Of a DNA stretch of 64,000 nucleotides, positions 50,051-62,487 are shown in pieces. Location of the stretch: contig NC_135813.1 in NCBI RefSeq assembly GCF_964213995.1, positions 61,194,001 through 61,258,000 on the forward strand, read 5' to 3'. Position numbers and translations under genes: made by a program. How positions within the stretch are numbered: the stretch's first letter is position 1; each line of letters starts with the position of its first letter. The notes under the pieces were generated by a model. It was given only the letters and a program-made list of their open reading frames with translations, did not search any database and was not told the DNA's origin. Source of the stretch: Mustelus asterias. Taxonomy: Eukaryota.

Positions 50051-50260
50051 CACAGTAAGAGTTTTAACAACACCAGGCTAAAGTCCAACCGGTTTATTTG
50101 GTAGCAAATACCATTAGCTTTCGGAGCGCTGCTCCTTCGTCAGATGGAGTGGAAATGTGCTCTCAAACAGGGCTGCTTTCTTGCATGTTTGTAGAAACTT
50201 GATGTCTGTGTCGATATGCGCGATCTTCTTGGAGATCCTCTCCACTTGGAGCCGGCAGTT
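50051..50260 (-). mobile_element. Internally deleted Penelope-like element
   Basis: CCAA duplication (50047-50050, 50261-50264); pLTR plus a coding stub NCRLQVERISKKIAHIDTDIKFLQTCKKA resembling PLE ORF N-termini. Confidence 0.75.
50111..50147 (-). ncRNA. Minimal type I hammerhead ribozyme
   Basis: Minus strand CCAU-CUGACGA-aGGAGC-agc-GCUCC-GAAAGCUA-AUGG: catalytic boxes, 5-bp stem II, 4-bp stem I, palindromic AGCU stem III. Confidence 0.8.
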
Positions 50261-53200
50261 CCAAGCCAGTTCTCCACCCATCTAGCCACTTCTCCTTGTA
50301 TCCCATGAGCCTTAACCTTCTTAACCAACCTGCCATGTAGGACTTTGTCAAATGCCTTACTGAAATCCATATAGACGACATCCACGGCCCTTCCTTCATT
50401 AACCGTTTTTGTCACTTCCTCAAAAAACTCCACCAAATTTGTAAGGCACGACCGCCCTCTTACAAAACCATGCTGTCTGTTACTAATGAGATTGTTCCGT
50501 TCTAAATGCACATACATCCTGTCTCTAAGAATCTTCTCCAACAACTTCCCTACCACGGACGTCAAGCTCACCAACCTATAATTTCCCAGGTTATCCCTGC
50601 TACCCTTCTTAAACAACGGGACCACATTCGCTATCCTCCAATCCTCAGGGACCTCACCTGTGTCCAAAGAAGCGACAAAGATTTCCGTCAGAGGCCCAGC
50701 AATTTCATCTCCCATCTCCCTGAGCAGTCTAGGATAGGTGCCAACAGGCCCTGGGGCTTTGTCAGTTTTAATGTTCCGTAAAAAACCTAACACTTCCTCC
50801 CTTGTAATGGAGATTTTCCCTCACGGGTCAACACCTTCCTCCGAATCACTCCCGGTTAACACATCCCTGTCCTTCGTGAATACCAATGCAAAGTATTCAT
50901 TTAGAATCTCCCCTATTCCCTTGGGTTCTAAGCATAATTCCCCTCCTTTGTCCCCGAGAGGTCCGATTTTCTCCCTGACAACTCTTTTGTTGCTAACATA
51001 TGAATAGAATGCCTTAGGATTCTCCTTAATCCTGCCTGCCAAGAACACCTCGTGACCTCTTTTTGCCCTTCTAATTCCCCGTTTGAGTTCTTTCCTACTC
51101 TCTCTGTATTCCTCCAGAGCTCCATCTGTTTTCAGTTGCCTGGACTTAATGTACGCCTCCCTTTTCTTTTTAATCAGATCCTCAATTTCCCTGGTTATCC
51201 ACAGCTCTCGAATCCTACCTTTCCTATCTTTCCTTTTTACAGGCACATGCCTATCCTGCAGCCTTATCAATTGTTCCTTAAAAGACTCTCACATGCCAGA
51301 TGTGGAGTTACCCTCGAACATCCTCTCCCAATCAACGTCCACCAATTCCTGCCTAATCCGGCTATAGTTAGCCTTCCCCCAATTTAGCACCCTGCCCGTA
51401 GGACAGCACTCATCCTTGTCCATTACTATCCTAAAGTTAACAGAGTTGTGGTCACTATTTGCCACATGTTCCCCTACCGAACCTTTGACGACCTGACCGG
51501 GCTAATTTCCCAGAACTAGCTCCAATATAGCCCCCTCTCTCGTCGGGCTATCTACATACTCTTCCAAAGAACCTTCCAGTATGCATTTTAAAAATTACTC
51601 CCTGTCCGGAACCCCAGCTCTGAGCACTTTCCAGTCTATACCAGGGAAATTAAAGTCCCCCACTGCAACAATCCTATTTTTACTGCACCTATCCAGAATC
51701 TCCTGACATATCATTTCCTCCACTTCCCGTGGGCTGTTGGGTGGTCTGTAGTACACCCCCAGCATAGTGACTGCACCCTTCCTGTTTCTGAGTTCCAACC
51801 ACAGTGACTCCTTTTTCGTGTCCTTTTTTGTGAAGACAGAACCAAAGTATGAATTCAGATGCTCAGCCATTTCCTTTTCCCTATTATACATTCCCCCGTT
51901 TCTGTCTGTCGGGGACCTACATTTGTCTTCACCAACCTCTTTCTCTTCACGTATTTACTTCAGAATGTTAGCATTTCGAGTTAATTGCTGGAAAATAACA
52001 TTTGTGATGAGGTGCAAAAGCAACAGTTTTGTTCTTCCCCAAAATTGGAGGAAATTTGTGCTCATCCAGGAGCCCAAAGAGGTGACAATGAGGTAAGGCT
52101 GCGTGGTTTCAGAGTGCAAACAGAATATCATGTGCTGTCAGAAGATATCGCCAATGGGAAGAGCAGTTAGATCGGAAACAGGAGGGGCCAAGGATAAATG
52201 GTTTGGGTGCTGACATGGGATCAGGAAGAGATTGCAGGTAATTGTACGGTTTTACTTGATAAAGAAGAATGGAAGCAAGTGGAAACAGATCCAACCAACG
52301 AACCGACAGTGGAGATTCACTGCATCATTGATGAACCGTTCCAAAGGCTGAAACAAGACCGAAAAGAATGAGCTGTGATTGTTTTGAACAGTAGCTGTTG
52401 CACACAACGTGACTGTGATACCAGGTATCCCAGTATCCCAATGGCAGTAGCAGGAACGTGATTGGAACAATTCAAACGTAGAATGACTGTTCAGAAAGTA
52501 ATTAATTTGGGAGATAACAATATATTCAAGGCGTTTGGCGTCGACAATGCATTTAAGATGGTACAGTGGTTTTCCAGTACAGAGGGAGAAGGTTTTCGGA
52601 CCGGATTGATGATGACTGGAGGATGAGTGCCTGAGGAAAGAGAGCAGGGAATGCTATCAGTGAAGATGGAAGCAGGAAGGGATGTTGGATGATCAGGGTT
52701 AAGTGGACAAACAGCCAAGGGAGTGGAGGATTTAATGGACAAGTTTAAACCTTTGAGTGAATGAGAATATGCGGGAGACATGATTTCATACCTCAGCTAT
52801 GGTTTAGTTTTCTGATTTCCGTTCTGACTTACTTCTCTCTAATTAAAAATTATTCCCTCTTTTTCTGGATTCTGTCGTGACTGGAAATAATTTCTTTGGT
52901 CTTATCCTATCACATCCCTTCATCATTTCGAATACTTCGATTAGATGTCTTCTCTAGCTTTAAAATGCAAAGAAACACAGGCCACGTTTAAGCACCCTGT
53001 CTTGATAGTCCAATCCTTAAAGCAATCAGAGGATAAATTTGGCTTCAAGGTTTACTGAAGTCTCCCGGGTGTTTTCCTGCAGATGGCAAGGAAATAGAGA
53101 GAGGCGCTATCCCCAGCGGAAGGGAGAAGGAGAAGGTGAGGTCACCTTATGAAGAAGACAAGGAAATCAGTAATCTCGCGGTAGTCACATAAATATGGCT

Positions 53201-54580
53201 ACAGTGCCATATGCGTTGCAATAACTCGGTGCAATCGGGAAAGATGAGTGACATTCTTAACAGTAATTTCACAGCTCCACATGTACTGAACAGTGCCTAA
53301 GAGATGTAAGACGAGCTGGTCAGCCCATGTAGCGACACGATCAGTGAGCAGTATCCACAGTAAAATGCCGTGTAGCCCCACATTAGGAGAAGCCCATGGT
53401 CAGTCAGGGTAGATAGCTGTAAACCCCAGACCGAATGGCAGCTCGTAGAGCATCTCCTGGTAATGTGCGATTCAATATGGAAGCTGGCAGAAACTGAAAA
53501 GCGCAAACAGCCTTTCAAAATGATTGACCCTGCTTATGCATTTGATAACAGGAGAAACATGATTATAATACCAAGTGGTGGGGAGGATTTGGGGGTGGTG
53601 TGCTATTCAGAAGTAAAATGACTCGTAACATAGAGAAGGCATAGAGGTGGGATGGTTTGCACCAGAGCAGCCTAGCGCTGAGGGTGAGGAGGTTGTCGAC
53701 TCATTGAGGGGGATTGAAACAGGAATCCTGGCGCCCAGCTGCCTTCTTAGTGAAGGATCATTGTGACGTCAGGCTCCGCCTCCAGTGGTTCAGAAAAAAG
53801 TGACGTTCTCACTCGCTAGTGACCTCAAAGTATCTCCACTTCTAAACCCCACCACGGTGTATGTCTCTGCACTGGTGAAGTAACCGCTGAAAGTGTTGGT
53901 GAGTCTGAGATTTAACTGGAGCTGCTATCCGGGCTTTTGTGTTCCGCCCAGCCGGAAAATGCCACTGGCTGCTCCCTTGCAGTGTCTGCAAGAGAAGAGA
54001 AATATTTTGAGTGTGTGAAAGTGACATAAGGATATAAGCGAAAAGACTGGCGTGAGTTTGGTGAGGTGGCGATCAGGTTCTGAGTCCTCACTTATTTTCC
54101 TCAAGCCCACTTCCGCCTCGGCGTAGGAGAAGCCCTGTCCCTCCCCGGCAAATAATGTGGCTTTCTCCTCAAACTTCGTTTGAGGATTCAATTCGGCCAT
54201 CCTTCCGCCCGATTTTGCTCTCTCTCCAAACAGTTCTGAGCGTTGTTTTCCAGCAAAGGAACAGACGGGGAGCGTGCAAGCAGGCCGCGTGGTAGACGTA
54301 CGTGCGTGAGTGGGTAAGCAGAGATTGATGAGAACAGAGACTGACACTGGCTGAGTGGTGGTCATTCATTCTCTACCTACACTTGCACTTCCGACACCCT
54401 GTGCGGAGTGTTGGCACTAATGAGAGCTGCCACCGCAGTTCATGCCATGTTGGTGAACTTGTTAGAGGGCCGCCTCCCTGTCTTTGTTTTCCAACTCTCA
54501 CCTGCACCCCTTCAGCATTTTGCCCTGCTCCGGGTCTGAAAACTTTGGTGCTGCCTTCCTCGCAGCCATCCTCTGCTTTA

Positions 54581-55327
54581 GACTTTGATTTTGATTTGAT
54601 TTATGATTGTCACATGTATTAACATACAGTGAAAAGTATTGTTTCTTGCGCGCCATACAGACAAAACATACCGTTCATAGAGAAGGAAACGAGAGAGTAC
54701 AAAATGTACTGTTACAGTCATAGCTAGGGTGTAGAGAAAGAACACCTTAATGCAAGGTAAGTCCATTCGAAAGTCTGACAGCAGCAGGGAAGAAGCTGTT
54801 CTTGAGTCAGTTGGTACGTGACCTCAGACTTTTGTATCATTTTCCGAAGGAAGAAGGTGGAAGGGAGAATGTCCGGGGTGTGTGCGGTCCTTAATTATGC
54901 TGGCTGCTTTGTCGAGAGAGCGGAAAGTGTAGACAGAGTCAATGAATGGGAGGCTGGTTTGTATGATGGATTAGGCTACATTCACGATCTTTTGTAGTTC
55001 CTTGCGGTCTTGGACAGAGTAGAAGCCGTACCAAACTGTGATACAACCAGAAAGAATGCTTTCTATGGTGCAACTGTAAAGGTTGGTGAGAGTCGTAGCT
55101 GACATGCCAAATTTCCTTCTTCTGAGAAAATAGAGGCATTGGTGGGCTTTCTCAATTGTAGCGTCAGCATGGGGGGACCAGGACAGATTGTTGGTGATCT
55201 GGACACCTAAACACTTAAAGCTCTCGACCATTTCTATTTCGTCCCCATTGATGTCGACAGGGGCATGTTCTCCTTTACGCTTCCTGAAGTCAATGACAAT
55301 CTCCTTCGTTTTGTTGACATTGAGAAC
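54581..55327 (-). mobile_element. Rex1/Babar-clade LINE 3' fragment
   Basis: VESFKCLGVQITNNLSW..LYFLRR..TIESILSGCITVWYG; (tttga)n tail. Confidence 0.8.
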
Positions 55328-55575
55328 AGGTTCTGGGCAGTCGTTAAAGTGGAGCTTCCCAGTAATTCAATGAGTCAGCCTGAGGACAGCCCGGCGAGTT
55401 GGAGTCCATCCGTGCAGCGATTAATTCCTGTTCTAAGGCTGACGGTACGGCAGGAAAACAGATACCGCCACTGGTGGGCAACAGCCCAGTTTTCCCGCCG
55501 GACTGGACACTTGGCCAAAACTTTAAAAATACCGCCCGACGTCTGGAGCATTGTGTACAGTTTTGGGCTGCGCCC

Positions 55576-57694
55576 GTGACAAACCGTTTAATAGTTCTCA
55601 GCAAAAATATATTCCAGCAAAAAACAAGGATTGTAAGAAAAGGGAGAACCAGCCGTGGATAACGAAGGAAATAAAGGAGAGTATTAAAATAAAAACAGCT
55701 GCGTACAGAGTGGCCAAAAATAGTGGAGAAACAAGTGATTGGGAAAAATTTAAGAAACAACAAAGAGAGACTAAGAAAGCGATAAAGAAAGGAAGGATAG
55801 ACTATGAAGCTAGGCTAGCAATTAATATAAAAAATGATAGTAAAAGTTTTTATAAATATATAAAAAGGAATAGAGTGGCTAGAGTGAATGTTGGACCCTT
55901 GGAGGACGAGAAGGGGGAGTTAATAGTGGGAAATTAGGATATGGCTGAGTCTTTAAATAAGTTTTTTGTGTCGGTCTTCACGGTGGAGGACACAAATAGT
56001 TTGCCAAATATTAACGATAGAGGGTTGGCAGCAGGAGAAATACTTAATACAATTAATGTTACCAGAGAGGCAGTGCTGGGTAGACTAATGGGACTGAAGG
56101 TGGACAAGTCCCCGGGTCCGGATGGAATGCATCCCAGGGTATTGAAAGAAATGTCAGCGGTAATAGTGGATGCGTTAGTGATTATTTATCAAAACTCGTT
56201 GCATTCTGGGGTAGTGCCGGTTGATTGGAAAACGGCTAATGTTACGCCGCTGTTTAAAAAAGGAAGGAGACAAAAGGCGGGTAACTATAGGCCGGTCAGC
56301 TTAACGTCTGTAGTAGGGAAAATGCTGGAATCCATTATTAAAGAGGAGATAGCAGGGCATCTGGATAGAAATGGTTCGATCAATCAGACGCAGCATGGAT
56401 TCATGAGGGGAAAGTCGTGCTTGACGAACATGTTGGATTTTTATGAAGATGTGACTAGGGCGGTTGATGGAGGAGAACCGGTGGATGCGGTGTTTTTGGA
56501 TTTCCAAAAGGCATTTGATAAGGTGCCCCATAAAAGGCTGCTGAAGAAGATTAGGGCACACGGAGTTGGGGATAGTGTGTTAAAGTGGATTGGGGACTGG
56601 CTATCCGACAGGAAGCAAAGAGTCGGAATAAATGGGTGTTTTTCCGGTTGGAGGAAGGTAACTAGTGGCGTGCCGCAGGGATCGGTACTCGGGCCGCAAC
56701 TGTTTACCATTTATATAGATGATCTGGAGGAGGGGACGGAGTGTAGGGTAACGAAGTTTGCAGACGACACAAAGATAAGTGGAAAAGTGAATCGTGTGGA
56801 GGACGGAGAAGATCTGCAGAGAGATTTGGACAGGCTGAGTGAGTGGGCGAGGATATGGCAAATGGAGTATAACGTTGAGAAATGCGAGGTTATACACTTT
56901 GGAGGAAATAATAACAAATGGGATTACTATCTCAATGGAAACAAATTAAAACATGCTACCGTGCAAAGGGACCTGGGGGTCCTTGTGCATGAGACGCAAA
57001 AGCCCAGTCTGCAGGTACAACATGTGATCAAGAAGGCAAATGGGATGTTGGCCTATATTGCGAGGGGGATAGAATATAAAAGCAGGGATGTCTTGATGCA
57101 CCTGTACAGGGCATTGGTGAGGCCGCAGCTGGAATACTGTGTGCAGTATTGGTCCCCTTATATGAGGAAGGATATATTGGCATTGGAGGGAGTGCAGAGA
57201 AGGTTCACCAGGTTGATACCGGAGATGAGGGGTTTGGATTATGAGGAGAGGCTGAGGAGATTGGGTTTGTACTCGTTGGAGTTTAGAAGGATGAGGGGGG
57301 ATCTTATGGAGACTTATAAGATAATGCGGGGGCTGGATAGGGTGGAGGCGGAGAGATTCTTTCCACTTAGTAAGGAAGTTAAAACTAGAGGACACAGCCT
57401 CAAAATAAAGGGGGGTCGGTTTAAGACAGAGTTGAGGAGGAACTTCTTCTCCCAGAGGGTGGTGAATCTCTGGAATTCTCTGCCCACTGAGGTGGTGGAG
57501 GCTATCTCGCTGAATATGTTTAAAGCGCGGATGGATGGATTCCTGATCGGTAAGGGAATTAAGGGTTATGGGGATCAGGCGGGTAAGTGGTACTGATCCA
57601 CGTCAGATCAGCCATGATCTTATTGAATGGCGGGGCAGGCTCGAGGGGCTAGATGGCCTACTCCTGCTCCTATTTCTTATGTTCTTATGTTCTT
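55576..57694 (+). mobile_element. Young 5'-truncated CR1 LINE
   Basis: ORF2 continuous except one TAG at 55935-55937; (ttcttatg)n tail. Confidence 0.95.
55941..57596 (+). CDS. CR1 ORF2 reverse transcriptase domain, uninterrupted 551 aa
   Basis: [42 protein letters not shown]; no endonuclease domain. Confidence 0.85.
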   Translation: MAESLNKFFVSVFTVEDTNSLPNINDRGLAAGEILNTINVTREAVLGRLMGLKVDKSPGPDGMHPRVLKEMSAVIVDALVIIYQNSLHSGVVPVDWKTANVTPLFKKGRRQKAGNYRPVSLTSVVGKMLESIIKEEIAGHLDRNGSINQTQHGFMRGKSCLTNMLDFYEDVTRAVDGGEPVDAVFLDFQKAFDKVPHKRLLKKIRAHGVGDSVLKWIGDWLSDRKQRVGINGCFSGWRKVTSGVPQGSVLGPQLFTIYIDDLEEGTECRVTKFADDTKISGKVNRVEDGEDLQRDLDRLSEWARIWQMEYNVEKCEVIHFGGNNNKWDYYLNGNKLKHATVQRDLGVLVHETQKPSLQVQHVIKKANGMLAYIARGIEYKSRDVLMHLYRALVRPQLEYCVQYWSPYMRKDILALEGVQRRFTRLIPEMRGLDYEERLRRLGLYSLEFRRMRGDLMETYKIMRGLDRVEAERFFPLSKEVKTRGHSLKIKGGRFKTELRRNFFSQRVVNLWNSLPTEVVEAISLNMFKARMDGFLIGKGIKGYGDQAGKWY

Positions 57695-57799
57695 AATAGC
57701 GTCAGAAGCAGCTCAGCGAATGTTCATTCGACAGATGAAAGGGTAATCTGATTTGGACAAGTTTTACAGCTAGGGCCTGTATCTCTTAGTGTTTAGAGG

Positions 57800-58017
57800 A
57801 ATCATAGAATCATAGAATCCCTACAGTGCAGACGAAGTCCATTCAGCCCATCGAGTCTGCACCGACCACAATCCCACCCAGGCCCTATTCCCGTAACCCC
57901 ACATATTTACCCTGCTAATGCCCTGACACTAGGGGCAATTGGCCAATTAACCTAACCCGCACATCTTTGGACTGTGGGAGGAAACCGGAGCACTCGGGGG
58001 AAACCCACGCAGACACG
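57800..58017 (-). mobile_element. 5'-truncated HE1-like SINE within a decayed CR1 (about 57695-58390)
   Basis: (catagaat)n tail and partial V-domain. Confidence 0.85.
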
Positions 58018-60049
58018 ATGACAGGGAGTCATATTGAAACATATGAGGTCCTGAGGGGAATTGACCGGGGGCTGTTGAGATGCTGTTTCCCCCTGTGGGA
58101 GAGACTGAAACTAGGAGACATAGCTTTGAAACAAGAGATCTTCTATATAAGTGGGTAAGGAAAAATTCTTTCGCTCAGAGAGTCGTTTGTCTTTCGAATT
58201 GTTTGCCCAAAAAACGAAGTTTTTAAAACAGTTGGACTGATTCTTGGCTGCCAAGTTTATTTAAGGGTATATTGGGGTTGACGGGTAAGTGGATTTAAGT
58301 CCACGATCAAATGAGCCATGATCTTACAAAATAGCAGATCAGGATTGGGGGCTAAATGGTCGAATCCGGTTGCTGATTCGAATGTTCTTGTTAGCTTCTT
58401 TTGTTCCTAATTTGATCTTATCAAAGTTTTGAACCATCAGATGATTTACTGTGGTGTTGGCAGCATCACCTTTTAGGATATCACAGTCAAGGCAGAGGTA
58501 GCAAGACCTCTACAGACACTGGGGGAACAATCTGCTGGTCTTTGCATACATGAACCTAAATCAATTGGATTTTCTGATATTCTATATTTTCATCAATAAA
58601 GAGGAGGAACTCATTAAATGAGGTAATTGGAAATACAATAAGACAATATTCTAAAAACGGCTTTCATTTTTAATCCATATTTTCCGGGAGTCAATTAATT
58701 TTGTCCGGAATCGTTGTGTCTATAACGTTCGTGAGGATATGATTTTATACAACTCGTATTTAAAACGTAGGTTTCGACCTAAAATATACTCGCTATTGTC
58801 AATTGGGAAAAATATTACCACCACGAGCAGTCTGGGTAAAACAGGGCTATGTTTGATATATAGGTTGGCGGCTTGGTATGATTTAAATGCATTTAACGGT
58901 GGCTATAATGGAAGGGTTTTCTTGGACGTTACCTACAAGAACGTTGGAAGCTCCCACGTGGAATAATAAAGAAAAACTTAGTGAAGAAGTTATTTCTGAT
59001 GTACTTCTATTCTGACTGCAGTCTGTGTTAAGACGTCCAGCGGGCGGTTTGAAGAAACGATGTTCAAAGATTGTAATCCAAAGCTAAGTAACTGGAAAAG
59101 AGAGTTGAATACACTTTAGGACGTATCAAAGGATTTATGTAACCATTTATAGTCTGATAGTTAATTTGGATTCTTAGTTTTGTTACTACTTTGAGATATT
59201 TTAACCATTCTTCATGAAATACAATTTCCCCGTCTTGTGTCCACGAAGTGCAATATTGCCACCTTCTGGTTCGTAAGCATATGGCACACAGGGATGGCGC
59301 AGTCGCATTCGAATTGATGGATTTCAAGCAAGCTTCCCATCGTAGGCTGGAATTGTATTGCAATTGTTCATCAGGTATATACATATTTATGGACGTTGGT
59401 ACAAGTATACATTTAATATACCTATTAAGGAATAAACGCATACATGGCCACTGCATTTTCTGCATGTAATAAATAATGTTCTGCATGTATTTGTTGTTCA
59501 GAATTTCATCAGTAATTGAAAACATGTCAGATCTTGTATTGGCTCATAATTTCCCGGTTATATTTAATAAATAAAGGATACGACATACGGAATCATAGAA
59601 TCATAGAATGATACGACATACGGAATGGAAAAGATGCCCCGACTGAATACCAAGACCATTAAATGATGCAGTTTCCTCGGGCTTCAACTAGTGGGCAGTC
59701 CAGTAGAAACCGGGAAATGAAATTGGGCTTTGGCAATGGACTAAAACGGGCCAATGAATCACAGATAATTTCCAGGGAGTAAAAGCTGTCAACAATTCGT
59801 TTTGGTCTTCTCAGCGGGGTGATCCATTTTAAGTTTACATGAGGGATTTCTTCGGAACATGCACGGGAGCTAACGTTGTGCAATGCGTGAAGGTCGAAGA
59901 AATTCCTTGCTCGTGGTTGCACGCGTGGTCTCAAGGTCGAACCATCGCATACATATTGGAGTTGTTCTTGCCGTGATCCTAATGCAGAATGTGTTCACGG
60001 TGCTGCAGTGCAGCTTTACCAAGAACAACCAAAACTATATACTCCATTA

Positions 60050-61400
60050 CCATACTGAAAAACAACCAAGATAATGAGACCTCCCCCGAATCTGGGGAAT
60101 TTTTGGAAAATAAAACCTAATCTATCAACGAACTCTACAGCCATTTATTTCATGACCCTTGGATGAGGTCCATCCGGATCCGGATTTTGGTCAGCCTGCC
60201 GCTCCAAAGATTTACTGAGTACTGCCTCTCTGCTAACTGCAATTTCCTCAGTTCCTTCCTCCCTTCCACTTCCTGATTGTTAGCTGCTTCTGGGATGTTA
60301 TGTGTATCTTCAATAATGAAGAATGATGAAATGTACCTGTTAAATACATCTGCCATCTCTTTGATTTCCCTTACAAATTCTCCGGACTCACTTCCGAAAT
60401 GACCAGCACTCACTTTGTTAACTTCTTTTTTGGAAAAAAAATATTCATAAGAAATCTACCCGTCTGTTTTTTATTTTTCTGGTAGACTCTAATTTTTCCC
60501 ACCTTATTAATTTTTAGTCATCCTTTGTTATTCCTTATATTTTATTCAATCTTCTAAGATTCCACCAGTCTTTGCGTAGTCATGTGCTTTTTCTTTAAGT
60601 TTCTTACTACATTTAATCTTTCTGTTTAACCATGGATGGTGTGTCAGGCCATTGAAATTTTTCTTATTCGTTGGAACGTATCTATTCTGTGCATTCAAAA
60701 ATTTTCCCTTAAAGACTTCCCACTGCCTTTCAACTGATCGATCCCTTAACCCAATTTACCAACTCACCCTAACCAACTCAGCTTTCGTACCTTCATTTGT
60801 GCCCTTATTTAACATATATTAGACCCATTGCTCTCTCTCTCTCAAACTGAATGTAAAATTCAATCATATTATGGTCGTTGATGCCCAGGGGTGCATTCCC
60901 TATGAGATCAGCAATTAGTCCCATCCCATTGCTCAATACCGGATCTCGTGAGGCCTGCTCTCTGGTTGCTCCGAAACCTAAAAAAACAGCCTGAAAACAT
61001 GTAATGAACTTCTCATTTAGGCTAAAGTTACACCTAACTTTTCCAATCTATATGTCAATTGCACTCTATGTTTAAATTAAAATATCATATGGTTATTGCC
61101 CTGCCTATCTGACAAACTCCAAACATTTCTTCCATTATTCTCCACCGCACCATGGGCTTACTGTTCGGGTGCCTGCACAGAAAGAGCAAAAGTGACTCCT
61201 TACATTTACCCATACGCATCTCTACCCAAACGGTTTCCACATCCTGGTATCCTGAACTTAGATCACCCCTCTCTATTGTGCTGATACCGTCATTAACGAA
61301 CAGAGATACACCACCTTTTCCTTATCCTGACCATCCTAAATATCCGGCACCTTTCAATATTGAGCTTAGAATCCTGGTCCTCCTGCAGCCATGTCGCCAT
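60050..61400 (-). mobile_element. Highly decayed CR1
   Basis: EMADVFNRYISSFFIIEDT remnant; boundaries approximate. Confidence 0.65.
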
Positions 61401-62144
61401 TTTGTGTCCGAGGTGAACGAAAGCTTGCGGCTCACAACCTTCAGGCTCTTCTGCGCAATGACACATGTCAATGATCAATACGCATCTGCAGTATGTATCA
61501 TCTTTTTGCCCCGGAGAATGGTTTGTCGCAAGCGAAGGTGGCGACTTCAAGGGACTCCAAGGTCTCTATAACATAAATGCATTATCCCCTCAGTATTGCA
61601 ATGAAACTAATGTTATTTGCTCGCAATGAAATCCACTTTCCATTGAAAAAGAAAATAAGAAGTTGCACTTCTTTAAAGCTAATCGGTAGGATTTGTTGAC
61701 GTGTTCTCCGTTGGACTTTGCATTGCGTCCTCGGACGATAATTCTTAAACTGAATAGAAATCGAAATCACTGAGGCTTGAATAAAGAGATGCGTGTCATG
61801 CAATGATCTGCCAGCAGCCTACTCTGCACTATAGTTGGACCTTTCTTTCAGTTGAAGAACGCTTAATTTTTTAAAGTCGCATTCGTTTAAATGGCAATGC
61901 GTAGTTGTATCTTGCAGGTTTGCACAAATTTCAATTGATCGCCAATGTAACAGAATTTAAACAGTCAGATGTCTCTTTTTAAAATCAATTAATATAATTT
62001 TCCTTGAACTCAATCAGCGTCGCCATGGTAAGTTGGGTGACGAAATTTACATTCAACAATTTCAGTATGTTATAAATTAGTCTGGTGTTAAGGAAATGTG
62101 GAATATTAACTTCAACAAATGTCAAGCGAACAAATTCCAAGCAT

Positions 62145-62220
62145 CCAATCAACGGTCGTGAGGTGTTAGACATTTGCATAACTCATCGATGCGGACGTGA
62201 TATCCGGCGGTGTAAATGTT
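62145..62220 (+). promoter_or_regulatory. Ig light-chain promoter, cluster 3
   Basis: CCAAT at 62145, octamer ATTTGCAT at 62172-62179, conserved ACGTGATATCCGG and TGTAAAT block. Confidence 0.85.
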
Positions 62221-62303
62221 CTTAAAGAGAGGTTTAGAACCTGCCGAATTATTAGATTCAAGTGGAGAAATATTTTGTTCTGACCGTGATCAGAATCTAC
62301 AAA

Positions 62304-62352
62304 ATGGGCGAGTGGCTTCTTGTTCTCGGCGCTATGGCGCTTTGTTTGCAAT
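62304..62352 (+). CDS. IGLV: Leader exon, cluster 3
   Basis: MGEWLLVLGAMALCLQ with donor GTAAG. Confidence 0.92.
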
Positions 62353-62487
62353 GTAAGTACGAGCTTGGATGATTTTACAATCTTTCTCTTCCCCTGGTCG
62401 GGTGCAATGTTTGATTTGGTCGAAGCAGGACTGCTAAACTGTTTACGGAAGAGTCGCTAAACAATCACTTTTTCCAAAAAAAATTAG

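Larger units (their letters stand above)
48985..51809 (-). mobile_element. Nested CR1 (endonuclease C-half plus RT)
   Basis: Tail at 48985; ORFs 49064-49669, 49682-49924, 50140-50793, 50821-51270; GVYYRPP and GDFNFP at the 5' end. Confidence 0.9.
47300..51955 (-). mobile_element. Host CR1 (47300-48984 and about 51810-51955)
   Basis: ORFs 47580-47789, 47835-48035 and 48321-49040; resumes after the nested element. Confidence 0.85.

Noticed and set aside
52080-53760. Possible L2-like LINE remnant
   Set aside because: Too degraded to support a family call or boundaries by eye
53925-54365. 146-aa minus-strand ORF as a host gene
   Set aside because: No recognisable domain or exon structure, and a non-ATG start
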